DNA from: the human T2T-CHM13v2.0 reference genome, Homo sapiens
DNA length: 64,000 nucleotides
Assembly (NCBI RefSeq): GCF_009914755.1
Contig: NC_060925.1
Direction: 5' to 3' (one strand)
Below, piece after piece: positions 21,114-47,184 of the stretch (within the stretch, counting starts at the first letter, position 1; every line of letters begins with the position of its first letter). The notes beneath the pieces are model-generated. The model was not told the origin of the DNA. It worked only from the letters and a program-made list of their open reading frames with translations, and searched no databases. A program made the position numbers and the translations under genes.

Positions 21114-21654
21114 TAAAGCCAGGTGTGGTGGTTCACACCTGTAATCCCAGCACTTTGAGAAGTGTAGGTGGGAGGATCACTTGAGCCCTTGGTCTTGAAA
21201 TCCTGGGCTCAAGCAATCCTCCCACCTCCACTTCCCAAAGTGGGAAGCAGAGCCTGGGCAACAAAATGAGACTCCTTCTCTACAAAAAAATAGAAAGATA
21301 AGCTGGGTGTGGTGATGTGTGCCTGCAGTCCCAGCTACACGAGTAGCTGAGGCAGGAGGATCCTTGAGCCCAGGAGATCGTGGCTGCAGTGAGCCATGTT
21401 CAAGCTAAACCTCCCAGCTTTCCCAGCCTGGGTGACAGAACAAGACCCCGTCTCAAAAAGAAAAAATAAAAGTATTCTATACTTTTGTTTTTGTAAACCA
21501 AAAGTAGCATATAACTATTGATGTGTTTATTGTCATTTGCTATATTTCTATGTTAATTATAAAAATGCTTCAAGCGGCCAGGCACGGTGGCTCATGCCTC
21601 TAATTCCAGCATTTTGGGAAGCCGAGGCAGGCGGATCATGAGGTCAGGAGATCA

Positions 21655-21861
<207 letters not shown>

Positions 21862-22024
21862 TCAAGCTCTACAAAAAATTCCCCAAAGTTTTGAAAATAC
21901 TTTGAGCAAGATTATGTCACTGGAATTATATTTATAAGATCTCAGGGCCAGGTGTGTTGGCTCATGCCTGTAATTCCAGCACTTTGGGAGGCCGAGGCGG
22001 GTGGATCACCAGGTCAAGAGATCA

Positions 22025-22475
<451 letters not shown>

Positions 22476-22912
22476 TAATTTTTGTATTTTTGGTAGAGAT
22501 GGGGTTTCACCATGTTGGTCAAGCTGGTCTTGAACTCCTGACCTCAAGCGATCTCTCTGCTTTGACCTCCCAAAGTGCTGGGATTACAGGTGTGAGCAAC
22601 CGCACCTGGCCAAGAATATTTATTTTGAAGTCCAAGCACAGTAGCTCATGCCTGTAATCCCTTTGAGAGGCTGAGGCAGGAGGCCAGGAATCTGAGACCC
22701 ACCTTGACAACATAGTGAGACCCTGTCTCTGCAAAAGATTTAAAAAATATAGCCAGGTGTGGTGGCATGTGCTTGTGGTCCCAGCTACTTGGAGGCTGAG
22801 GCAGGAAGATCATTTGAGCCTAGGAGGCAGAGGCTGCAGTGACCTGTGATCATGCCATTGGACTCCAGCCTGGGCAACACACCGAGATCCTTTCTCAAAA
22901 AAAAAAATTTTA

Positions 22913-23221
<309 letters not shown>

Positions 23222-23415
23222 TTATTTATAAATATTATTGACCGGGCGCGGTGGCTCACGCCTGTAATCCCAACGCTGTGGGAGGCTGAGGCAGGCAGAT
23301 CACCTGAGGTCAGGAGTTCAAGACCAGCCTAGCCAACATGGTGAAACCCCATCTCTACTAAAAATACAAAAATTAGCTGGGCATGGTGGCAGGCACCTGT
23401 ATTCTTAGCTACTCA

Positions 23416-23544
<129 letters not shown>

Positions 23545-23649
23545 TTATATACAAATATTTATTTGAAAACCTTTACAATAGCAAAGTTATTTTTTTAACT
23601 TGTTGAAAACTAGTAGGCAGCATTTAAAAGGTTCTGTACAATGAATGAA

Positions 23650-24570
<921 letters not shown>

Positions 24571-24723
24571 TGTTGATTAAAAAAAAAATTGCTTGCTGAG
24601 CACAGTGGCTCATACCTGTAAGCCCAGCACTTTGGAATTGGCCAAAGTGGACAGGTTCGCTTCGAGATTCTGAGCCCAGGAGTTTGAGACCAGCCTGGGC
24701 AATATGGCAAAACCCCATCTCTA

Positions 24724-24888
<165 letters not shown>

Positions 24889-24951
24889 TCAAAAAACAAA
24901 AGACAATTCTAGTAACATAATTTGCAACATTCATAATAGCTATATTCATAG

Positions 24952-25227
<276 letters not shown>

Positions 25228-25664
25228 TGATCTGCCCATCTTGGCCTCCCAAAGTGCTGGGATTACAGGCGTGAGCCGCCGCGCCTGGCCTGCCAAATGT
25301 AGTTCTATGTCTTGGATCTGTATTGTTTCATTTAATCCTCACAACAATCAGGAGGTAGGTAGTATTATTTTCTCCTTTTTAAGATTGATTAAAAACTGGG
25401 ACAAGGTGGGCACTGTGGCTCATGCCTGTAATCCCAATACTCTGGGAGGCCGAGGCAGGTGGATCACTTAAGGTCAGGAGTTTGAGACCAGCCTGGCCAA
25501 CGTGGTGAAACCCCGACTCTACTAAAAAAAAAAGAACAAAAATTAGGCCTGGCGCGGTGGCTCACGCCTGTAATCCCAGCACTTTGGGAGGCCGAGGCGG
25601 GCAGATCACGAGGTCAGGAGATCAAGACCATCCTGGCTAACATGGTGAAACCCCGTCTGTACTA

Positions 25665-25850
<186 letters not shown>

Positions 25851-26289
25851 TTAGCCAGGTGTGGTGGCACGTGCCTGTAATCCCAGCTACTTGGGAGGCT
25901 GAAGCAGGGAGGATTGCTTGAACCTGGAAGGCAGAGGTTGCAGTGAGCTGAGATCGTACCACTGCACCCCAGCCTGGGTGACAGAGCGAGACTCTGTCTC
26001 AAAAAAAAAAAAAAAAAAGCCAAAGAAAAAACCTGGCACAAAAGGAAGGTTAAGTTAGGGTTAGGTTGCCCAAGGTCATGCCGTTGGAGCTGCAATTTGA
26101 AGCCAGGCAGCCTAATATCAGAGCATAGGCTCTTAACTCTTCTGTTATATAGGCGGGAAATTGTAGGATACTTTCTTGTAGAGTCTGACTAATCCAAGCA
26201 AAAAGACCTGCGGTACTGACAGGTTACTGAACAGTTATGGCCCCTGTGCACAAGCCCTACCTACCCACTCAGCCTGTCCCATCAGCTCT

Positions 26290-27400
<1,111 letters not shown>

Positions 27401-27563
27401 TTTTCATTAAGGGCCTTTTTTACCCTGTGATGTTCTAGATCTATATATATGAATTAGTTGAATAAGAAATTTTAGGCCAGGCGCAGTGGCTCACGCCTGT
27501 AATCCCAGCACTTTGGGAAGCTGAGGCAGGCGGATCACAAGGTCAGGAGATGAAGACCATCTA

Positions 27564-27802
<239 letters not shown>

Positions 27803-27954
27803 TTACTTCATTAGGGTTATGGAAGGATCAGTGGAATAACTGATATGAAAAAGAGGTTTGTAAATTATATTCTATTATTTAGTGGAAAGTTATGATGTTA
27901 CTATCATGTTGACTAAAAGGCAAAAATGCTGTATTTGGTAGATGATAATATTGT

Positions 27955-28610
<656 letters not shown>

Positions 28611-29051
28611 TGATCCACCCGCCCCAGCCTCCCAAAGTGCTGGGATTACATGTGTGAGCCACCACGCCCAGCCAAAGCCAAATACTTTTAATCCATCTAT
28701 TGGGAATGAGAATGTGGAAGGACATCAAAAGACCTATAACTGGGCTGGGCGTGGTGACTCATGCTTGTAATCCCAGCACTTTGAGAGACTGAGGTGGAAG
28801 GGTTGCTTGAGACCAGTAGTCTGAGAGCAGCCTGGGCAACATAGCAAGACCCCCATCTCTACAAAAATTAGTCTTTAAAATAATTAGCCAGCCTATTGGT
28901 ATGTGCCTGTGTTCCCAGCTACTTGAGAGGCTGAGGTGGGAGCATCACTTGAGCCCAGAAGTTTGAGGGTGCAGTCAGCTGTGGTTGCATCACTACACTC
29001 TAGCCAGGGTGGCAGAGCAAGACCTTATCTTAGGGAAAAAAAAATGCATAA

Positions 29052-29378
<327 letters not shown>

Positions 29379-29409
29379 TAGCCAACATGGTAAAACCCTG
29401 TCTCTACTA

Positions 29410-29667
<258 letters not shown>

Positions 29668-30021
29668 TTAGCCAAAAAAGAGGGTGAAGTATGAGGGAAG
29701 AATTGAGCATCTGGCTATGGCCTGTAGAATAGAAAATACAGCCAGGTACAGTGGCTCACACCTGTAATCCCAGTGCTTTGGGAGGCCGAGGTGGGAGGAT
29801 CACTTGAGGCCAGGAGTTTGAGACCAACCTGGGAAACAGAGAGAGACCTCATCTCTACAAAAAAAATTGTAAACATTAGCCAGGTATGGTGGCATGTGCC
29901 TGTGGTCCCAGCTACTCAGGAGACTGAAGTAGGAGGATTGCTTGAGCCCGGGAGGTCTAGGCTACCGTGAGCCATGATTGCACCTTTGCCCACCAGCCTG
30001 GACATCAGAGCAAGACCCTGA

Positions 30022-30360
<339 letters not shown>

Positions 30361-30552
30361 TAGTAGCGACGGGGTTTCTCCATGTTGGTCAGGCTGGTCT
30401 CAAACTCCCAACCTCAGGCTTCCCAAAGTGCTGGGATCACAGGCATGAGCTACCATACCCAGCTAAAAGTTTTCATAAACAATGCATGAGGCTGGGCGTG
30501 GTGGCTTACGCCTGGAATCCCAGCACTTTGGGAGGCCAAGGCAGGCAGATCA

Positions 30553-31202
<650 letters not shown>

Positions 31203-31211
31203 TAACCATAA

Positions 31212-31391
<180 letters not shown>

Positions 31392-31426
31392 TGAGCTGCC
31401 TGCCTCAGGCTCCTGAGTAGCTGTGA

Positions 31427-31658
<232 letters not shown>

Positions 31659-32637
31659 TAGCCAGGATGGTCTTGATCTCCTGACCTCGTGATCCACCCG
31701 CCTCGAACTCCCAAAGTGCTGGGATTACAGGAGTGAGCCACCGCGCCTGGCCTAATTTTTTAATTTTTTGTAGAAACTGGGTCCCACTGTTTTGCCCATG
31801 TTGGTGTTGAGCTCCTGGGCTCAAGTGATTCTCCTGCCTTGGTCTCCCAAAACACTGGGATTACAGGTGTGAGCCACCACACCTGGCCTCGATTTTTTTG
31901 TTACATAAATGATCATATAATATGCTGATAGGTAGATGGATGGATGGATGCTAAAGCTCACTATTTGCCTATGACATTGAGAAATGGGCTTTTGCATACA
32001 TCTAGGTGGACAATACAAATTAAGGCTTTTTACAAAGTAATTTGGCAATATCAATAGAAATTTAACTGTATAGGGGAATGAGGTGAAGTACAGAGTGTCA
32101 GTTGGGGAAGATGAGAAAATTCTGGAGATAGATAGGAGCGATGGTTGCACAACAGCATGTTTGCAGTTAATATCATAGAACTGTACGCTTGGGTATATTT
32201 TACCATAATTTCAGTCAGTTAATTGATCAGCTAATAAGCTGGAATCCCTAAAGAAAGAGAATCTGTGATTATAAAACAATATTGGCCAGGTGTGGTGACT
32301 CATGCCTGTAGTCCCAGCACTTTGGGAGGCTGAGGCAGGCAGATCACTTGAGGTCAGGAGTTGGAGACCAGCTTGGCTAACATGGTAAAAACCCCATCTC
32401 TACTAAAAATACAAAAATTAACCAGCATGGTGGCATGCGCCCGTAATCCCAGCTACTCAGGAGTCTGACTCAGGAGAATCGCTTCAACCCAGGAGGCGGA
32501 GGTTGCAGTGAGCCGAGATCACTCCAGTGCGGCCTGGGGAACAGAGCAAGACTCTGTCTCAAAAAACAAAACAAAACAAATAATATTGATCGTAATATTT
32601 CCTGTGCATAAAGTCTAATTTGTTATACCTAGTGTGA

Positions 32638-32883
<246 letters not shown>

Positions 32884-33059
32884 TAAGCGGCTTATGTTTT
32901 TACCATGTTTCAATGTTGCTTACATCTGTGAACATACAGATTTGCAAAACTGTCACGTGTGTTGTAAGCCATTCCTGTGGAAGGTTACTACAAGACTGTA
33001 GAGCACAGCACCAAAGGATGGGTCTTCCTTAGCCCCTCTGTGTCTTTCATTATGTTTTA

Positions 33060-33386
<327 letters not shown>

Positions 33387-33669
33387 CTACTATGTGATAC
33401 CACTGTTAGAAAATAGAGGAAGCCTGCCTGGGCTTTCTGTGCCCCAAATGAGAAAGGGAAAATTGCAAGAAGATGTTATTATCATCAGTCTTCCTAAGTA
33501 TAAAAGAGACAGGCAGATAATTTAAGGAAGAGAAGCATCCAGTGCTGCTTGATCATGGACAGGCCTGATTCGTGTGCTGCTTCCATGACAGCATCTGGGC
33601 AGGGAGTCACAGATCTCTGTGCCCATACCTTTGAAGCAGTTCTAGTTAAGGGTTCAAAAACCAGAGTAA

Positions 33670-33870
<201 letters not shown>

Positions 33871-33990
33871 TAGTAGAGATGGGGTTCTACCTTGTTGGCC
33901 AGGCTGGTCTTGAACTTCTGACCTCAGGTGATCCACCTGTCTCAGCCTCCCAACACCTAATTATTTCTTTTCTTTTCTTTTTTTTTTTGA

Positions 33991-34278
<288 letters not shown>

Positions 34279-34639
34279 TAATTATCTCTTACTGTTATTT
34301 TGATTTTTTTAAACTTTATTTTCTTTTTTTTGTTGGAGATGGGGCCTCGCTATGTTGCCTATGCTGACTGATCTCAAACTCCTGGCCTCAAGCAATCCTC
34401 CCACCTAGGCCTCCCAAAGTGCTGGGATTACAAATGTGAGCTACCATGCCTGGCCTGTTGTTATCTTGAGTTTATAATGAAAGGGCTTTCTGAAAAGCCT
34501 TTCTGTTTAGTATCTGTTCTTAGAGTTCTGAACTTTCCAGTGACTGACTGTATCATTTAGGGTTCAGACTAGGAAATAGAAACCCACTCTGGATATTTTA
34601 AGTGGAAAGAGATTTAAGTACTTAGGCAAAAAGTACTTA

Positions 34640-34918
<279 letters not shown>

Positions 34919-35099
34919 TCAAAAAACAACAACAAAAAAAAGTAAAAGGGCTGGAGAAGTGGAAGTCAGGGTCACTCCTCCGATGTTGCCGTCAGAGTTC
35001 AACAAACCAATTCCGCTTCTGCTGCTATTGAACTGTCTCAGTCTCCTGAAGTTGGTGACGGACAGTGGACTCCAGCGTCTAGCCACCACACCCACACTA

Positions 35100-35435
<336 letters not shown>

Positions 35436-36646
35436 TTATCAGGCTCCACAGTCCCAGGATGATGGCCTCTGTCCTCCTTCTGCCTTCCAAATCTCTCAGG
35501 AGAGAATCTCATTAGCAGAAATCGCAGTCAAGTCCACAGCCTGCTGCAAGGACCTCTGGGAAGTGTGTTGGGCAGGATTGGGCACTGAGTCAGTAGGAAG
35601 TATCTCACACAGTGATCTCTCAAGAGGACTTCCTTTTCAGACTTGGCAGGGAGAAGAGTCTCCACTGCTTGATGGCAAAAAATTCTCCCATGAGGGAGCA
35701 AGTTCCTGGGCCACAGCCCTACCCGACCCTCTGGCTTTATAGTAACCTTATTGCCCATTAAATAGTCAACTCAGCTGCTCAGAAGGGTTGGGATGTAGGG
35801 GAATAAAGGCCCACAGTTGGATCCCACAAGTGTAGTTGATGTTATTTGGGTAACATTGCACAGTTTGAAAACAGTGGGCACCCTGCTGCCAGCCCAGAAT
35901 AGAGCTATACACAAATCCTGCTTAGGGCCCCTTCCTTTAAGGCCTCAGGCCCTTGCCGCTCTAGGACCTTCTCCTTGGCGTTCTGGTTCTTTGTCACAAG
36001 ATTAAGCCACACTCTTCCATGGTCAAGAGTGTGGGCTCTGGACCAGACTGCTGGGGTTCAAGTCCTGGCTCTGCTATTAATACTTTTAAGTTAAATGACC
36101 TTAGGCAAATTAGTCAGTGTCCTCTGTCAATGGGGTAATAAACAATTCTGATATGAGAGATGAGCAGCACATTAAAACCAGAAGTATTTTCAGTGAAACT
36201 AGCTGCAAGGTGGCAGTAATATAGTCGCTTTGTAATAACCAAAATGTTCAGGCTGATCATGGTGGCTCACATCTATAGTCCCAGCACTTTGGGAGTCTGA
36301 GGCAGGAGGATTGCTTGAGGCCAGGAGTTCAAGACCAGTGTGGGCAACATAGTGAGACCTCATCTCTCAAAAAAACTAAAGTTAGCTGAACATGGTGGCA
36401 CGTGCCTGTAGTCGCAGCTATCTGGGAGGCTGAGGCGGTAGGATCACTTGAGCCCAGGAGTTTTGGTTGCAGCGAGCTATGATTGTGCCACTGTGCTCCA
36501 TCCTGGGCAATAGAGTGAGCCTGTGTCTCTGAAAAACAAACCAAAAAAACCCCAAAACATTCACTCAATCAAATTGTTATTGAGGCTGGGCGCAGTGGCT
36601 CACGCCTGTAATCCCAGCACTTTGGGAGGCCTAGGCGGGCAGATCA

Positions 36647-36956
<310 letters not shown>

Positions 36957-37014
36957 TTACGGAGATAATAATATTTATGATATAGGATGTTGAGAAGATT
37001 TTTTTTTCTTTTGA

Positions 37015-37232
<218 letters not shown>

Positions 37233-37714
37233 TGATCCACCCGCCTTGGCCTCCCAAAGTGCTGGGATTACAGGTGTGAGCCACCACGCCCAGTCGAGAA
37301 GATTTTTAATTTTTTTTAGTCTTCCACAACAGTCATCTTATGTTGAGAAGACTTAATCAGATAATCCATGTAAAGGATTCAGTGTAATGTGTGGCATATG
37401 ATAAATAATGTTGGCCAGGCACCTATAATCCCAGCACTTTGGGAGGCTGAGGCGGGCAGATCGCTTGAGGTCAGAAGTTCAAGACCAGCCTGGCCAACAT
37501 GATGAAACCCCGTCGCTACTAAAAATACAAAAAAAATTGGCTGAGCGTGGTGGTGCGCCCCTGTAATCCCAGCTGCTCGGGAGGCTGAGGCAAGAGAATT
37601 GTTTGAACCCAGGAGCCAGAGGTTACAGTGAGCTGAGATCACACACTGCACTCAGCCTGGGCGTCAGAGCAAGACACCATCTCAAAATAATAAATAAATA
37701 AATAATGTTAATGA

Positions 37715-37924
<210 letters not shown>

Positions 37925-38093
37925 TAGCCAGGATGGTCTCGATCTTCTGACCTCGTGATCCGCCCACCTCGGCCTCCCAAAGTGCTGGGATTACAGGTGT
38001 GAGCCACTGTGCCCAGCTATAAATAATGTTAATGATATATTCTAATGGAGCATGTGAGAAAGAGAAATATTCTATTGTTTTGTTGTTTTATAG

Positions 38094-38233
38094 ACACCAT
38101 CAAGAGAAATTGGAGGCTAGTGACTGTGATCACCAGCAGAACTCACCTACTCTAGAAAGGCCTGGAAGGAAGAGGAAGTGGACTGAAACACAAGATTCTA
38201 GTCAAAAGAAATCCCTAGAGCCAAAAACAAAAG
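38094..38233 (+). CDS. NMNAT1: NMNAT1 coding exon 4 ([46 protein letters not shown]; contains NLS GRKRKW)
   Basis: Acceptor ttgttttatAG, donor AAG|GTTTGT. 140 nt, phase 2 to 1. Confidence 0.97.
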
Positions 38234-38318
38234 GTTTGTATGTTTTAGCAGGACCCACGGACTAGAGTTGATAAGATTCTGTAGCTGAGCAAACCCCTGT
38301 GTATTTTTTTTTTTTTAG

Positions 38319-38534
<216 letters not shown>

Positions 38535-38901
38535 TGATCCGCCCACCTCGGCCTCCCAAAGTGCTGGGATTACAGGCGTGAGCCACAGCGCCTGGGCCTT
38601 ATTTTTTTTGTTTTATAGAGATGGGGTCTCACTATTTTGGCCAGGTTGGTCTTGAACTCCTGGCCCCAAGCAGTCCTCCTGCCTTGGCCTCCCAAAGTGT
38701 TAGGATTACAGGTGTCAGCCACTATGCCTGGCCTTTATTTTCATTTTATATTGCATACTTGTGGGTGTCTGGAAAATGCCCCTTGTTAGTTGCATGAAGT
38801 GAAGGAGAATAAAAGGCACTTGGAGCTTATTTCTCCTGCAGTGGTCTCTAATCTTTGAGGTGTCCTGGGTCTCTTTTGGGAATCTGATTCTCATAAAATA
38901 A

Positions 38902-39104
<203 letters not shown>

Positions 39105-39317
39105 TAGTAGAAACGGTATTTCACCATGTTGGTCAGGCTGGTCTCAAACTCCTGACCTCAAGTGATCTACCCGCCTCGGCCTCCCAGAGTGCTGGGATTA
39201 CAGGCTAGAGCCACCGCACTCGGCCTAAGCCCTCATCCTTGAAAAGCACATACGTATCTTCATTTTGATACAGTGGGTTATTAGAAAAGTAAACCCCTTT
39301 CCACTTGGAGGAGGTAG

Positions 39318-39764
<447 letters not shown>

Positions 39765-39951
39765 GAATTCTACAGCATGATATTTCAGACTTCCCATTTG
39801 GGGATCTGAAACAATCTGGGAGTTAATAACTGGGGAAAGAAGTTGTGATCTGTTGCCTAAACTAAAGCTTAAAAGTTTAGTAAAAATCGTCTGGGCACAG
39901 TGGCTCACGCCTGTAATCCCAGCACTTTGGGAGGCTGAGGCAGGTGGATCA

Positions 39952-40495
<544 letters not shown>

Positions 40496-40516
40496 TCACG
40501 TGAGGTCAAGAGTTCA

Positions 40517-40751
<235 letters not shown>

Positions 40752-40873
40752 TCAGGATCCATCTGCCAAGTTAGTGAAAGGCTGGAGCCTCAAATCATAC
40801 AGATGAGGGTCATTTTCTCCTCCTTAGCTTCTTGGAGTTTAAGAGTTGAAGGAGTCCTGAAAAGTAATGATAG

Positions 40874-41512
<639 letters not shown>

Positions 41513-42542
41513 TGATGCTGCCACGTAATAGCATAATTTTGGGTGTCCTCAAGGACAGAACTTCCACTTTGAATAATGGAAGTTAGAACAATGAATTTCA
41601 CAGGGGAATAAATATTAATGACTGACGTGAAGAAAATATGCCATTGTTTATTCCCTCCTGCATCATTTCCATAATTTGCTTTTGTACTGTCAATTTAGAG
41701 GAAATGTGTGATGCTGGTGTTTTGTTTGGCCTGTTTGTTTGATGCTGGGGGTTTTATGTGTTGTACCCTTTACCCCTTACATTGTGTAATTTGAAAGTGG
41801 CAAACAAACCTGCAGTAAAAGTCCTTGATTGGCATCTTCATTCGGATGATGGAGAGCCTTTGTGGTAGTGTTTGCTTATGTGAACAGCAGGCCTTTCAGA
41901 TAAGAGAAGTGGCTTTTCCTTGGTGATGAAGGGGTAGAGATTGAGCCATGGGGATGGTTTAGGTTAAAGAATGCTTTTTTTTGGCCATCATGAGGATCTA
42001 ACAACAGAGTAGAAGGAAGGATGCCCTAGGTCAGCATGCAGGGTGGTGGGAGGGCTTTCATCTTCCTTACCCAAGCCTCTCTTTTCACTTTTCTAGAAGT
42101 CCAGAAGTTGTTATATGATGAAATAGCCTCCTTTAACGTTTATTTCTGGGTGCCAAGGGAGGCCCATTCCTCTAACATTCTCATAATTTTTCTCAAAGGC
42201 CTATGATCTAAACATTTCACCACGGCATCCACTCAGCTGTGAGGCTGCGTACACAGTCTCCACCTCTGAAATCTGAACTTCGTTTACCAGTGGTGCTGTT
42301 TGAACTTCATAATGTCAGCACTTCCTGAACACTTACTGTGTGCTTGGCTTGTGCTCCTGAGTGCCTTATATCATAAGGAAACGGCAAAATCAGGGGACTG
42401 GTATAAATGGTGAGCTGAGCTTGAATCTAAGCTTTGTCTTCAGAGCCAGTACCCCTAATCTCTCTTTCTGTAAAATATTACTTTTCAAAGAATGAAGTTG
42501 TAGCCAAATCTTGAAATTTTTCATTTACCCTAAGTGAGGACA

Positions 42543-42548
42543 AATAAA
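42543..42548 (+). terminator. NMNAT1: Likely distal polyadenylation signal of NMNAT1
   Basis: AATAAA with candidate CA cleavage dinucleotides just downstream and a downstream GU-rich element; implies an mRNA of about 3.8 kb. Confidence 0.65.
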
Positions 42549-42572
42549 GCTTTCAACAACAGTTTGTGGTAG

Positions 42573-42948
<376 letters not shown>

Positions 42949-43838
42949 TGATCCGCCCACCTTGGCCTCCCAAAGTGCTGGAATTACAGGTGTGAGCCAT
43001 CACGCTCTGCCCAGATAGGGTTTTTGACCTGTCATAGTGGTGCCTGGTCCCATTATTCTCTGTTTTGACTCTGCAGGGATGATCACTGTCCCCTTGCTAT
43101 CCTTTAATGAAACTGTCACCTCGGTTTCAGAACTGGAATTCAGATCCATTTCTCCCTCACGTGTCTTACCAAGTCTAAATGACTTGCCGTGGACAGTATT
43201 TCCCAAATCAAGTTAAGCTGCCCAATAAATTTTTCCAAAACAATGGATAACCTGACAATTACATTGTAAAACATTAGGGAAAATAGCAAACACACAAAAT
43301 TAGTGGTAATAGTATAATGAGCCCCTACGTACCCATTAACTTCAAGCATAACATTTTGCCAATCTTCATCTACACCTGTTTTGTTTTGCTGGAGTCTTTT
43401 AAAGCAAATCCCAAATGTGTAATTTTACCCATAAATACTTCAGTGTGAGGAATGCTAGAGTCCAGTTTGTACATTAATACAAGTATATCAGCTAGCGCCG
43501 GCGTGGTGGCTCAGCCAGGCTTGGTGGCTCACATCTGTAATCCCAGCACTTTGGAAGGCCAAGGTGGAAGGATTGCTTGAGCCCAGGAGTTCAAGAACAG
43601 CCCGCGTAACATAGCAAGATCCTATCTTTAGAAAAACAAACAAATAAACAAAAAACATGTACTGGCTGGGCACAGCGGCTCATGCCTGTAATCTTAGAAA
43701 TTTGGGAATCAGAGGCAGCAGATTGTTTGAGCCCAGGAATTCTAGACTAGCCTGGGCAACATGGCAAAACCCTGTCTCTACCAAAAATACAAAAATTAGC
43801 TGGGTGTGGTGGTGTGCGCCTGTAGTCCCAGCTACTCA

Positions 43839-44481
<643 letters not shown>

Positions 44482-44555
44482 TCACAAGGTCAGGAGATCA
44501 AGACCATCCTGGCTAACACGGTGGAACCCCGTCTCACTAAAAATACAAAAAATTA

Positions 44556-44732
<177 letters not shown>

Positions 44733-45045
44733 TTAAATTAAATTAGCCAGGCATGGTAGCTTGTGCATGTAGTCTGAGCTACTTGGGAGGCTGAGGTGAG
44801 AAGATTGCTTGAGCCTGGGATCTGGAGGCGTAGTGAGCTGTGATTACCCCACTGCACTCCAGCCTGTGTAGCTGAGACCCTGTTTCAAAAAAAATGAAAT
44901 AGTGCAGCTAAAAGTATCAATGTCACCAAAGCAGAAGACCCAAGTCTCCAGCCACACTTTTGTTGAGACAATAGTATTCATAAAGTGATTTTCAAAATTT
45001 TTATTTACTTACTTATTTCCCACTTCATAAGCTGGTCTAGCATGA

Positions 45046-45361
<316 letters not shown>

Positions 45362-46047
45362 TAGTATTTTATTTAACATTTATATCTTCAGCAACTTAAG
45401 CATGTTCGAAACTGAACCATAATTTTGCTCTCAAATGGATAAATAATCATAAGAAAGCTGCTTAAGAAGAAAGGGTACCTTGGCTGGGTGTGATGAATCA
45501 TGCCTGTAATCCCAGCACTTTGGGAGGCCAAGGCATTTGGATCACCTAAGGTCAGGAGTTCGACACCAGCCTGGCCAACATGGTGAAACCCCGTCTCTAA
45601 TAAAAGTACAAAAATATTAGCCAGGCATGGTGGCAGGCACTTGTGGTCCTAGCTACTCAGGAATCTGAGGCAGGAGAATTGCTTGAACCTGGGGAGGCAG
45701 AGGTTACAGTGAGCCAAGATCGCGCCACTGCACTCCAGCCTGGGTGACAGAGCGAGACTCCATCTCAAAAAAAAAAAAAAAAAAAGGGTACCTTGATTTT
45801 TTTTTTTTTTGAGATGGTCGCAGGTTCAAGTGATTCTCGTGCCTCAGCCTTCTGAGTAGCTGGGATCACAGGCGTGTGCCACCACACCCAGCTAATTTTT
45901 GTATTCTTAGTAGAGATGGGGTTTTGTCATGCTGGTCTCTAACTCCTGGCCTCAAGTGATTCTCCCACTTCTGCCCCTCCAAGTGCTGGAATTACAAACA
46001 TGAGCCTCTGTGCCCAGCCAAAAGTACCTTGATTTTATTTATGATAT

Positions 46048-47184
46048 TGCTAAGGAAAGGAGGCAGAGAAATTCTGGGCAGAAGAGGGTGGGTCCCCAAT
46101 GAGGGCTCCCCACCTGGAGCTGAAAAGCCTGATACTATGGCCCAAAGTGAGCATTTACATCCCTGTTTGCCCTCTTGAAAGGTGCCTTTTCCATAACTAC
46201 CCATGGCCCACCCCCCATCCTGTGCCCATGAAAACCCCAGGCTCAGCTGGGCACAGTAGCCTGTAACCCTAGCACTTTTGGAGGCCAGGGCGGGCAGATC
46301 ACTTGAGGTCAGGAGTTCAAGACCAGCCTGGCCAACATGGCGAAACCCCACCTGTACTAAAAATACAAAAATTAGCCAGGCATGGTGGCGGGCGCCTGTA
46401 ATCCCAGCTACTCAGGAGGCTGAGGCACGAGAATCACTTCAACCCAGGAGGCGGAGGTTGCACTGAGCCAAGATCGCGCCACTACACTCCAGCCTAGGTG
46501 ATAGAGCAAAACTCAGTCTAAAAAAAAAAACCAAGCTCAGCCAGCAGAGAGTGGAGAAGCAGCTGGATATTGGAGACTACGGTTGGACGGCAGAAATAAG
46601 TGGCTTGACTTCAGAGGGACAGCTTCATGGTGTAGCTTTGAAGAGGAGTCCAGCCAGGGACGGCTGGACTTCAGGGGAAGATTACCTTCTTGCTCCATCC
46701 TCTTTTCAGCTCCTCTTCCCACTGAGAGTCACTTTCATTGGCAATAAATTTCCATGCATTTACCATCTTCAATTCATTTGTGCTACCTCATTCCTCCTGG
46801 ACACTGGACAAGAACTTGGGTACCACAAGTGCGGGTACAAAAGCCTGTCACACTGACCCTCCACTGAGCTGTTAACACTTAAGCTGTCCACAGCAAAGCT
46901 AAAAGGGCATTGTAACACCCCTTCTGGGGCTTCAGGGGTTGCAGGCACCCTCACCAGATGCTGCTGCGGGGCCCACACAAAGTTTTGCTCCTTCAGGTGC
47001 CCAAAAGCACTTGCCCCAGCTCCTGCACCCGCTCACCTGCATGCTCCGCCTCCCATAAGGGGTGGAACACAGCAGGTCCAAGTGAGTGGAATGGCCCCTG
47101 CCAGCGCCAAAGTGGCTGGCTAGTTCCAGCGCCCCTGCATTCCAGTTCCTGCCAATGAAGGGGTCAGGGAAATACCCTGCTTCA
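46048..47184 (+). mobile_element. ERV1-class solo LTR (LTR1/LTR27/LTR28-like), interrupted by an Alu at ~46245-46530
   Basis: TG...CA termini, 5' AGGAGGCAGAGAAATTCTGGGCAGAAGAGGG, AATAAA at 46743, 3' GGGGTCAGGGAAATACCCTGCTTCA. Confidence 0.7.
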
